Shown here: one piece after another, positions 11,541 through 21,943 of the stretch
Numbering within the stretch: the first letter of the stretch is position 1
How the letters are laid out: each line of letters starts with the position of its first letter
From: Toensbergia leucococca
Lineage: Eukaryota
NCBI GenBank assembly: GCA_022813965.1
Contig: JALDZS010000003.1
Location: 62,001-126,000 of the forward strand
DNA length: 64,000 nt
Reading direction: 5' to 3'
The notes under the pieces: generated by a model
Database searches by the model: none
What the model was told of the DNA's origin: nothing
Seen by the model: only the letters and a program-made list of their open reading frames with translations
Position numbers and translations under genes: made by a program

Positions 11541-14504
11541 ATGTCGACTTTCCCTTTTCTAAGACCCCGGGAAGAAGTGGCTAACAAGGAAGAAAGCAGC
11601 AAACATTTGACTAACCTGGAGAATGGCGAATATGACCTTGTGCTAACATCGACCTTGGCTCAGAAGCTGCTCGGTCATGAGGATGATGCTACGATTAGGC
11701 CCGCCTTACTGCAGAGTTGTGAAGAAGACTGGAGCGCGTGTATATCTAGACGAGTCCCTCTTTGTCTTGGAGACGGTGCGTCAACGACTGAGGAGGATCT
11801 TGTCATTGTGGCCTTGGCAGCCTTGAACGCCTTCCTGCAATCAAACGTCACGGGGCCACCGCTTCAGTGGCTATCGACCAATATTGTCTACCCTAAAGAG
11901 CTTTGCGAAAACCCGCAGAAGTTGGAGACTTTGCGGAGTCAACTAATTGCTAGTCTAACAGCTGATGGTGAGGCCGTCTACCGGCTTACTCCTCATGTAG
12001 AGCTTTTTTGTTTAGCTAGATGCCTTCTCAACCATCCTTTGATAGTCAAGGAGGACAGTATAACTCGGTGGGCGAGATTACAGATCAATTTCTGGCACCA
12101 GAGATTGCTTAGTGATAATGCTGCCAGCTTGCAGGAAAAAATCTACAATGATCTGGAATACTTGGACCGAATTCTGTTGAATCAGAAAACCACCTACTCC
12201 AAAGAAGCTAGGATTCGTTTCCTGTTGGAGAGAGCGGCTATTCATACACATCATGGATTTGATGCGAAAGCAAGGGAGGATCTCACCAGTGCTGCGAGAG
12301 AGAGGAAATTCGAATTTGCTCTCACAGGAAGGTTGGGCAAAAGAACGAAATATCAAGAGAAAGAGTTGAGTCAACTTGTTGTACTTGCTAAGAGTGAAGA
12401 GGAGCGATCAGCAACCCAAAACACGGCCAAGATAGAGGATGCAAATGGCATTGCTAAGTCGTCGTCAGTAGAATCTTCGGCGAATCCTACAAAGCCACAG
12501 AACCTGGATTTGAACGATGATACTCTTCTGGAGTCAATATCCTTCTCCAAGTCTTTATCAGCGACGCCGATCGTCCTACGTGAGCAAAACCTACCCCCGG
12601 CACTTGCCTCTCTAGACCCGGCCGATCAACCGACGCTGAGTCCGTTGGACTCCATCATACTCTTAGCTCTAGCATCCTCCATCACCAATACATCCCCGCA
12701 AGATGGTCTTACCCGTGAAGAGACACTTCCGTATGCTACACGAGTACTCGAAGGTGGCAGCACAAATTGGCAAATATATACCCAAGCGCTTTTAGTTCGA
12801 AGTCGAATCGAGGGCTATCGATCGCGAACCGTTGAGCGAGGGGTTCTTCAACTTCAAGCACTCGTAGACCAGGTCATAGCAGAGACGACAAATTCCCAAT
12901 TGTTAACTGAATCGTCAGATGGTGTCAAAGATTCCAATAAAGCATTACCCTCAACCTTCTTACCCCTATCTAAGCCTTCTGAATCAGCACCTGTCTCTGA
13001 ACGCCTTGAGTACATCCATCAGCTTGCTTCCTCAACGCGCTGGATACTTGAAGCCGAATTGGCTGCCCGCTGGGTCTCCCTTGGCGGCCTACGAACAGCA
13101 CTGGAAATATATGAACGCCTTGAAATGTGGGCTGAAGCTGCTCTCTGTTGGGCTGCCGTAGATCGTGAAGATAAAGCCCGAAGAATAATCCGTCGCCAGC
13201 TTTTTGAATCCACATCCGTGGACGGGGAGATTACCGTTTCTCCGAGCATCGTCTCTGCAGACGATGAGGATAACGAAAATGAGGAATACCTTGGTGAGGA
13301 ACTGTCAGCCCTTCCAGCAGACGCGCCCCGCCTTTTTTGTATCCTTGGTGACATTGACAATTCCCCGTCCTTATATGATCGTGCCTGGGATGTCTCTAAA
13401 AACCACTATGCAAGAGCTCAGCGGTCGTTAGGAAAATACCATCTCTTGAACCGAGACTTATCAAAAGCCAACGAAGCCTATACAAAGTCATTGAAAATAC
13501 ACCCTCTGGACCCAAAGACATGGTTTGCTCTCGGATGCGTTAGATTAGAACTACAGGATTGGAGAGGGGCTGTAGATGCGTTTGGGCGGACAGTACAGAA
13601 CGAAGAGAGCGATGCGGAGGCTTGGAGCAATCTTGCTGCTGCTTTGTTGCGACTGCCGTCCAGCGTAACACTTGGAAGCAGCGATATCCCAAGCTCCGAT
13701 CTTGATCATCAGCAAGAAGACTTAATGGACGAGGAAGGAGTAATTCTGAAAAAGGTTGATAGTCAAAAGCACGTTCGGGAGGCCTTTGTTGCCCTCAAAC
13801 GCGCTGCAGCTTTAAAGAGAGACTCCTATCGTATCTGGCAGAATCTGTTGGGTGTTTCTGCGACACTCTCGCCACCTCCTTACTCGGACATTATTATCGC
13901 ACAATCACGTATAATTGAGCTCCGCAGTAATGTCGAAGGCGAAGGATGTATCGATATTGAGATCGTAGAGGGGTTGGTGAGGCATTTCATCGCCTCTTCA
14001 CCTGATGCTTCTGTTGGAGAAGATATTACTCCTAGGCATGAGGGTGCAGGTGAAGGACCCGGTAGAAGGAGACTCGGTCTAGAACGGACAGTTGTCGACT
14101 TGGTTCGGAATAAAATCTCCCCTCTTATAACATCATCCCGCCGTCTTTGGCTCCTAGTTGCCAAGCTCGACTTATACCTTCAGCGACCTTTAGCTACGCT
14201 TGAAGCTTATGAGAAAGCATGGCGCGTCACTCTCAATCAGCCTGGCTGGGAGAAAGGTAGCCAGGAGGCGGAGAAGGTATGGAAAGATGTTATGGATGCT
14301 ACGATAGAACTAGCAGATGCCTATGAGAGTCTGGGGGAGAGAAAGAGGGAGAAGGGTATGGGAGAGGGAGAGCTGGTGTGTAAGTCTTGGAAATTCAAGG
14401 CACGAAGTGCGATTGGGGGTGTGCTAGGAAGGGGTAGAGAGGCGTGGGAGGGGAGCGAGGGGTGGGAGATACTAGAGGGGAGGTCTAGAGAGTTGAGGAG
14501 ATGA
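11541..14504 (+). CDS. EMW1: TPR protein, Emw1/TTC27 family
   Basis: 987-aa intronless ORF; LTGRLGKRTKYQ..LSQLVVLA, LNDDTLLE and NWQIYTQALLVRSRIE motifs; TPR repeats (WFALGC, EAWSNLAA). Confidence 0.88.
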   Translation: MSTFPFLRPREEVANKEESSKHLTNLENGEYDLVLTSTLAQKLLGHEDDATIRPALLQSCEEDWSACISRRVPLCLGDGASTTEEDLVIVALAALNAFLQSNVTGPPLQWLSTNIVYPKELCENPQKLETLRSQLIASLTADGEAVYRLTPHVELFCLARCLLNHPLIVKEDSITRWARLQINFWHQRLLSDNAASLQEKIYNDLEYLDRILLNQKTTYSKEARIRFLLERAAIHTHHGFDAKAREDLTSAARERKFEFALTGRLGKRTKYQEKELSQLVVLAKSEEERSATQNTAKIEDANGIAKSSSVESSANPTKPQNLDLNDDTLLESISFSKSLSATPIVLREQNLPPALASLDPADQPTLSPLDSIILLALASSITNTSPQDGLTREETLPYATRVLEGGSTNWQIYTQALLVRSRIEGYRSRTVERGVLQLQALVDQVIAETTNSQLLTESSDGVKDSNKALPSTFLPLSKPSESAPVSERLEYIHQLASSTRWILEAELAARWVSLGGLRTALEIYERLEMWAEAALCWAAVDREDKARRIIRRQLFESTSVDGEITVSPSIVSADDEDNENEEYLGEELSALPADAPRLFCILGDIDNSPSLYDRAWDVSKNHYARAQRSLGKYHLLNRDLSKANEAYTKSLKIHPLDPKTWFALGCVRLELQDWRGAVDAFGRTVQNEESDAEAWSNLAAALLRLPSSVTLGSSDIPSSDLDHQQEDLMDEEGVILKKVDSQKHVREAFVALKRAAALKRDSYRIWQNLLGVSATLSPPPYSDIIIAQSRIIELRSNVEGEGCIDIEIVEGLVRHFIASSPDASVGEDITPRHEGAGEGPGRRRLGLERTVVDLVRNKISPLITSSRRLWLLVAKLDLYLQRPLATLEAYEKAWRVTLNQPGWEKGSQEAEKVWKDVMDATIELADAYESLGERKREKGMGEGELVCKSWKFKARSAIGGVLGRGREAWEGSEGWEILEGRSRELRR

Positions 14505-16266
14505 GAGCATGAGGTTTGAGAGCGGGTAAAAAATGGATCCTGATGAGAAGAAACCTCTCCTCTACCTCGATCGTGTACAAAGGATGAATGCTAACTTATG
14601 AATGCCTATCAGATAGACACGGGAGCGAGGGTTGGCCTGAGACTAACAGAACAGATGAATGCTAACAACATGAATACAACCTATCATTGAATTAAGGATG
14701 AACAATTTGATAAGCATCATCCCGGGGTATAAGTATTCGGGCTTCTTGGCCAACGCTGCTCAAACCCATTTCTTTACAACTCCAGCCATTCATCACCCCG
14801 CTCATTCAAAGCTCTTTTTTGCTTGACTTATAAAGTTCGCTTTAGGTATCACATTATATATGTAATATACTTTGTCCATTCGCTTTCCTCCAAGTCCTTT
14901 CACCTCACCTCACTCCCTGATGGAGAATTTACAACCCATCATTCTAATGGACTTAGCTCGGGTTTACGATAATGGGTGTTCCTGAATACCACACCCAACC
15001 TAACATAGATTCAAAAAGTCAATGAGAGTCTCCTACCTTCCAAGATGCAAAGAAAGTCAAATCTTGGCGGCACTCGGAAAATTGCTCTACTACTTGTCTT
15101 CAGATATTCCCTATGAATTCACTCAGGATATCTTACAGCTCCGTTGAGACTTACAAAGAAAAGGACCTGTGCGGGACAATTTTTCTTCAACCTGCATGGC
15201 AGCGGGGATGAAATGCTGCCTGTTGTTCCCTTGGGATAGCATAATCCCAATTGAATTATTCAACATCAAGAAAGCTCTCTTATCTTTTCTTCTTTATCAC
15301 TACCTTTGTTGGTTTCGAGGCCGTCAAGATTTCAACTATATACAGGATCTTGTCTTCTTATTTCCAAGGATCAGTTATTGATTGATCATCCGCATCTCAA
15401 TAAAACATATGCGCTCCTACAAATGCTGATGTGAACGAAGTCTTGGGTTTTTTGGGTATTGCAGTCGAAGGCGGAAAGGTCATACCAAATCCTAGCTAAG
15501 TTCTGACCTTGAATAAATAGCGCCATCGTATCTCTTTGAAAGCTACCAACTTGGGAGGACCCGATACTACCGACATACACCCACTTTTACATTCGGCTCT
15601 TGCGAAGTCGAGATCTTAGATCAATGTCAGACTGTACAGGGCACTAGAAGGAACAGCGTCTGATGCGGGTCTCAAGATGTGTGCCGATGACGAGTCTCTC
15701 GTCAATAACGAGCTTCTGTTTCTACCGTTACTTCAAATCGACCATGTCGGTCACGCTCCCCATTCATAGTCAAGAGAAAGGCACAGCGATATATGAAGTC
15801 TCTCTTTCTTGTCATCAGCTTCTGTTGTTTTATACTATAAACGCTACACAATTGCTAATACAATACAAAATTCCAGAACTTGTATTGTCGAAGCCAGTTT
15901 GGCTTGCTCTTATTGTCTCCGCCAATTTTCCCCGCGGCCTCGAAAGCGTTAATGAGAATTCAACAGGTTTTAAAACAAGTTCATCATAGAAAAGACAACG
16001 TCGCGTTAGTAATCCGAGGACGATGGTTGAGTGGCCATGTGGTGTTTCTGCTTTTAGAAGGAAGGTTCACTCAAGGCTTTCAAAAGTGGTGCTGCCCACT
16101 CTATCTTTTGTTTGACTGTCTCATGTGGTGGGTTGCAGCTGCACCTTCTCTTTGTGTATGAATGAGCGCAAATCACATTGATATAACTTTTCGCTCTTCT
16201 CTCTTCCTCCCTTCACACTCTCCCATTCTTCCCCGCCCCTGACTCCACGCCCTCTCACCGAATAAC

Positions 16267-16410
16267 ATTCAACAATCACGAAGTTATTCGATCATTATCA
16301 TCAACACCGGGCCGAAGACAACAGCAGGACCGAAGAAAATTCAACAATCACGAAGTTATTCGTTATCATCAATTCCGGGCCGAAGATTTTGATTCAACAA
16401 TCACAAATTT
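16267..16410 (+). repeat. Direct repeat of ATTCAACAATCACGAAGTTATTCG...ATCATCAA..CCGGGCCGAAGA (two full copies, one partial)
   Basis: Copies near 16267, 16340 and 16392. Confidence 0.8.
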
Positions 16411-16887
16411 TTCAATCGTTATGTCCACACAGGATACTTCTGCTGCTACGGCACCCTCATCTACGTGCGACTACGAATTTCATTTCGTATAGGCACATTT
16501 ATCCACTTTGGACTTATGGCGACGGAACTCCATCGATACAAGTTTCGGTGACTCCAAGTCTAGTCTGCTTCTCTAACCATTCTCAAGTCTTTGTCTGGAG
16601 CAGGGAAAACCGAGCCTTCGACACCAAACGTGTCTCCACAACCTGCAATCCCCCACACAAAGAGACAAGAGAAGCGCGCCCTAGAAATGCTGCGGACCTG
16701 AGATCGTTCATCTAGCAAAGAGGGGGAATCAGAAGGTCAAAAGTCAAGAATTTCATTCTTTCTGGAATAAGACGGCTGGAAAGCCCTGTATCAGAGTCTC
16801 AAGCGCAGGGACATAAAATCAAAAAAAATTTGCATGAATGAAACGCTATTCTGACTATCAATTATCTTCACCGACCGCAAACCACTA

Positions 16888-17800
16888 CCTTAACAACACT
16901 CGTCACACCTAAGATACACCACCCCTGCGCACGTCATTGGGTTCATTCATTGACAACATTCATAGTAGCCATCATGAATACCCCACCAGGTCCTCCACCG
17001 TCCCACACTCCGACAAAAACTCCACCATCTGCCTTCATGGGAGGGAAGAAAGTTCCATCATGAGCAGCTTCAGTTATCTTGACAAAGTCTGCCAGTCAAT
17101 ATCATTCATATGAAGCTCTCCCTAGTCCGTGGGGTGTAAATCCCTTTCGCCAGACTAACATACCTTCTTCACTGGCGCCTCACACAGCAACACCGTTGGT
17201 GGAGAGCGTCACAGATGAAGAGGATAGAGCTCGCCAGCTAAGACAGCAAGAGTATGACAGACGCATCACTCATCGCGCCGCCTCATTGGCGGATAATTTC
17301 GTTCATCTGGACTTCCTCGTAAGCCAGGACCTTCCTCACTTTCGATACAACCATCCATTGAAAATGGGCACGATGAATTCACATTCAAAAAGAAGAATGG
17401 AGCTTCTCCTAAGAAGAATGGCACTCAACAACACCCGGAGAAAGCCACTGTTGCGTCTGAACACCGCCTGAAGAAAGCCATTGATACGTCAGATGATCAC
17501 CTCTTCACTACTCCTGGAGCACGTTCCCTGCAAGCACATTCCCCCCAAGTCGCACCAAGTGAAGCACGCCTACAGGGTTTACTCCATGAGCCTAGGGCGT
17601 CTGGAATGCAAGGGGTAAACGAACTGAACCGGGATCCAGTCGCCCGTGACCAAATCATCCAACACATAAAAGGCGAAAAGAATAAGGCTGCAGATGGTCC
17701 ATCGAGGACGATCTTTCACGACGAGAATTGCTCTCCGGACTCCTATATTAAGGGACTCGTCAACATCGCTAGGGAAACTGGCAACGTATCGGAATGAAAG
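16888..17800 (+). mobile_element. Decayed retrotransposon copy A: gag-like ORF plus RNase H C-terminal fragment (Ty3/Gypsy-like)
   Basis: ATG 16974 MNTPPGPP...MGGKKVPS*, homologous to the ORF at 19455. ORF 17606-17797 has IQHIKGEKNKAADGPSRTIF, resembling the Gypsy RNase H H..G..N..AD.LSR motif. Confidence 0.6.
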
Positions 17801-19359
17801 ACAGAATCGAAATCCAGCACTCATCCAAAAACGAACAGTTATCATGACTTTACCAGAATTAGGCCCATCGCCGGAATCAACGGAAGAGAAACCTGGATCG
17901 AACTAAAGTCCAGAACAAATCAAAAAAAGAGATTTCTTCTTTCTTCTCATCAACTTCTGCTGTCTGCGAGTGTTGTCAACTCTGGGAATACCACAATATT
18001 GAGAGTTCGATAACTAACAAAATGCCAGAAGTGATTGTTGACTACAAGCCACTTTGGCTTGTACTTCTTGTCTCGTCCAACACCCTCCTACTATCTTCAT
18101 TGCTAGCAGTGTTACTGTTAGCACATCTCTATCTCAACTCGAGCCTCGGAGCTCAATTAAATCTTCTACACTGGCCAGTGTTGAAAATGGACGAAGATGA
18201 GACTGATCGTATTCGTCGGTTTGATTTCCTAAAACACAACACCACAAGAACATGAGGAAGGTGTGCTTTCAATCAATTGGTAGCTTTGCAAGCCCCAAGC
18301 GACAAAAGCTGTCCAGAACCCCAATACCAGACTATGCTTTCAGGTGATACAACAAGCCAACCGAGTTAATCACCAGCCTTCAAGCCCAGCACATTGTATC
18401 CATCAAGACACCCAAAGAAAGAAGCTTGAAGGACTTCCATAAGAACGAGCAGCAGAAACAAATAAAGTCTAATCAAACATATCAGAAGTCTATCTTATCT
18501 CTCACTTTCAGAAGACACATTGCATAATTTATGAAAAATATCAATGATGTCTGATATAAGTTTTCTAATCAGTTGGTACTGCCTTCTTCTGCAAAATTCA
18601 TGACATTCATAAGCATGAAGTTTATCATTTACCTTCTTCACAATTATCCTTTTAGGCAATCACGCCGGTGCTCAGCTTCATATCAAAGAAGTTCTTCAAG
18701 GTTTGAGCAATTAATTAGTGATGGGTTCACATGTCTAATGAGTTATATCAGCTTTATAACATGCATCTAACATTGAAAAAGTGAACCTTTAAGTCTCTCA
18801 TACTTTAAGCATGATGTAAAATTTTATTCTCACTTGCTTACTACTTCACAATGAGTTACTATATCTGCTTTGTATTTTATTCTCATCTACTCTAATCAGT
18901 TCACAATGAATTAAAGTAAAAGGAAATTCATGTACTTGACATAAAAACTATACATCAGAACTGAAACATGTCAGTGAAAAATAGGTGTTCAAAAGAACAC
19001 AGGTTATTGTTTTTTTAAAGATTTTTTTAACTGATTAACTAACAGAGATCAAAAAATGAGAAAATCCTCATCACACAAAAAAACCTCTAGAATCATTTCA
19101 AAAGGCGCATGAAGTTCAAAGTTCAGAATCACACCGCACAAGAAAAGAGACGAATGAAGGTTGTAAGATTTGCAGAAGAGAAATGTAATGTGATATGCAA
19201 CTGATCTTTAACCATTGCTAATGAGTTATAAATACAAACTTAACAACGCACCAAGAACAAGCCAACCACAAACTCGACATAAAAATCAGGGCTATAAACC
19301 CCCCTTCCATCAAGAACAAACCCCGCGCCACAAAAACTTTAATAAAGAAACATGATCCT

Positions 19360-20305
19360 CCTTTCTTCCCTCAACAACATTCATCACACTGAAGGTACAT
19401 CACCCCTGCGCACATCATTGGGTTCATTCATTGCTGACATTCATAGCGAACATCATGAACACCCCACCAGGCCCTCCATCGTCTGGCACCCCAACAAAAC
19501 TCTCACCATCATCATTCATGGGAGGAAGAAAAGTCCCCTCGCGGGCAAATTCAGTTGCTTCATCTGTCACTCAACATCTTTTACACGAGGCTCCTCATAG
19601 TCCATGGTAGCCTTTTTCGTCTCAACAAGTCAACGTGTCATCCCCGCTGGCTAGCCACACTGTACAACCATTGAGTGAGGTTGTAAGTGACGATGAAGAC
19701 AGGGCTCGATTTGCTCGTCAACAGGAACTTGATAGGAGCAGTCTTCGCCATGCCCGTCAACTAGCGGGACAGTTTCGTGCGTCCGGTCCTCCTGATAAGG
19801 TAGGATTTGCTTCTCGACCACGACCACCTTCGCTTTCAGTACGTCAATTGATAGAAAATGGACACGATAATCCCTTTCTTTGAGAAGAAAAATGGGAGTC
19901 TCGCCGTCGAAGAATGGAACGCAGAGACACCAAGAAGAAGCCAGCCATACATTTGACCTTGAGGATCGCAAGCAATACCAAGAAGGAGCCAGCTATACAC
20001 TCGAGGATCGCGAGCAGCACCAAGAAGGAGCCAGCTATGCACCTGAGGAGCGCCGTATTATCACACCACCACCACCTGAGGTTCGCCGTGTCATGTACCT
20101 TCGGTGTGACGAATGTTGTTGAGGGAAGAAAGGGTAAACAGTAAACAGTAAACAATCCAGGAACCAAAAAAAAAAGGGGAAGCGTGGTCCCCAATTATAA
20201 AGGCCATCATCTCTCTCATATGAACCTCTGCCACACACACCCCCTGCTCATAACTCGCCCAGAAAGAGAAATCCCAGAAGAGAAAAAGAGAATCAGCTGC
20301 TGACA
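19360..20305 (+). mobile_element. Decayed retrotransposon copy B (gag-like, two nonsense stops) followed by an inverted leader/LTR-like segment
   Basis: ATG 19455 frame runs to ~20140 with only TAG 19608 and TGA 19881. 19360-19400 is inverted at 20093-20133 (39/41). 20117-20305 is bounded by TGT...ACA. Confidence 0.6.
19928..20052 (+). repeat. Three ~39-45-bp tandem repeats (CACCAAGAAGGAGCCAGCTATACAC..GAGGATCGC)
   Basis: Directly visible; encodes TKKEPAIH..RIASS repeats in the gag-like frame. Confidence 0.85.
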
Positions 20306-20720
20306 AGGGCCGGCTGCATATAATTCAGTGCTTACCACCCGGTGAAAAAAATGGACACAAGTATCTAGGTAAGCTGGTTTCTGTCACACTCACTATTTCT
20401 TGTTCATGAACACTAATTCACGTTTGCATACGATGATCGTAGGGCTTTTGAAGAGAGAAAAGCAATGAATGTGTGTTCAGCCTCTTTGAGCAACTTTAGT
20501 CTCCGTTTTTTTCGATATCAAGAAGAGCAATAGCATGGGTATGATAAGGGCTATTTATTAAATAGTTGATCTCTGAAGATTGACACTGGTTTGGATTTTT
20601 TCTCTTTTCACGGGGTATGAGAAAAATTTCCTAATCAACCAACCAACCCTCCTCACCAGTTCATTCTTTGCGGGGGAAAAAAACAACATGTAATACATAA
20701 CGAGTAACGAGATCAAACTC

Positions 20721-21943
20721 TCACAACTTACTCCCCTTCCCCTCGTCTCCACAGATCTCAATCACCAACTTCCCAAACTGCTTCCCAAGCCTCATATCCT
20801 CAAAAAGGCCATCAATGGCCCCCAGATCCTCCAAGCCCCCACTCATCACAACCCTGGAAACGACAGGCTTGATGCCATGCTCCCTGACAAAGGCCATCAT
20901 CTCCCCAAACTCCTTTCGGGAACCCATGGTGCAGCCTTTGAAATCGATGCTCTTGAGTACGGCACTCATTGAATATGATACTTTCGGCGCAATGGTCATG
21001 CCATAGCTGGCAATGACTCCGCCCGTCTACACCAAGTGGGTTACTAAACTAGACAGCCCATCCTCATCCTACCCAGAAAAGATAGCTCACCTTCAACAAC
21101 CTCACCCCTTTATCCACCACATCGCCCCCAGCCCCATCAATAATCGCATCAAAATTCCTCCTCTCAGCAGGCAACAACCCCAACAACTTTTTTTCCCACC
21201 CCACCTCCTTATAACTCACCCCTCCCTTGGCACCCAACTCCCTCGCCCACTCCAGCTTCCCCTCCTCCCCACTCGTAACCCAAACATTCATCCCCATCGC
21301 CACCGCGAATTTCAATACCATCAACGCCACCCCGCCCCCGATCCCCGTAACCAACAAATTCCTCCCGGCAACACAATTCCCACTCTTGACCACCAGCGCC
21401 CTCCAAGCCGTCAACCCACAAAGCGGCAACGCGGCCGCTTCGGCATCACTCATCAGCCCCTCTTCCACCTCTTCCACCTGCGCCGCCTCCACGCAGCAAA
21501 CTTCTTGAAGCGTGCCCAAGGCGTTGAACTTGGTGCCCCCCAGTATCGAATACCCATTCGCACTCTCCGGGCCCTCGGGACTGTCTTTCCACCCGTGGCC
21601 GGGGTTGAGCACCACGCGCTTGCCAAGCCATGGTTGTGCGAGGGAGGAGGATCCTGTTGCTATGACGGTGCCGACGCCGTCGGCGAGGAGGGGGACGGAG
21701 AATGTTGTTCCGGGATAGAGGTGCTGGCGGATGAAGAGGTCGCGGTGATTGAGAGCTGCAGCGGAGAGGCGGATGAGGACTTGGGTTTCGGTTGGGGTGG
21801 GGGTGGGTACGGTGATCAAAGAGAGACTGTATAGTCAGGGGTGAGAAGAATTTGCGGGTGGTGGGGCGGAGTGGGGGGTTGTACGGGTAGTAGACTTCAC
21901 CGGGTTTGCCAGGTACTTGGCGTATGGCGATGGCTTTGGGCAT
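20721..21943 (-). CDS. MDR-family (zinc-binding alcohol dehydrogenase/quinone reductase-like) oxidoreductase with C-terminal PTS1
   Basis: AAALNHRDLF, AAALPLCGLTAWRAL, LVTGIGGGVA, GCTMGS, QFGKLVI; two introns; ends GSKL*. Confidence 0.92.

Noticed and set aside
15386..15580. GIY-YIG-like YVGS motif or phosphotransferase-like IQGQNL..IW fragment
   Set aside because: Too short and ambiguous to support without a profile search.
16267..16410. CRISPR-like repeat-spacer appearance (also 51390-51490)
   Set aside because: Eukaryotic DNA, only 2-4 degenerate copies, irregular spacing and no cas genes.
21013..21834. Long antisense or alternate-frame ORFs (also 30979-31992 read-through, 56507-57163, 39045-39503)
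   Set aside because: By-products of skewed low-complexity composition or unspliced introns overlapping real genes.
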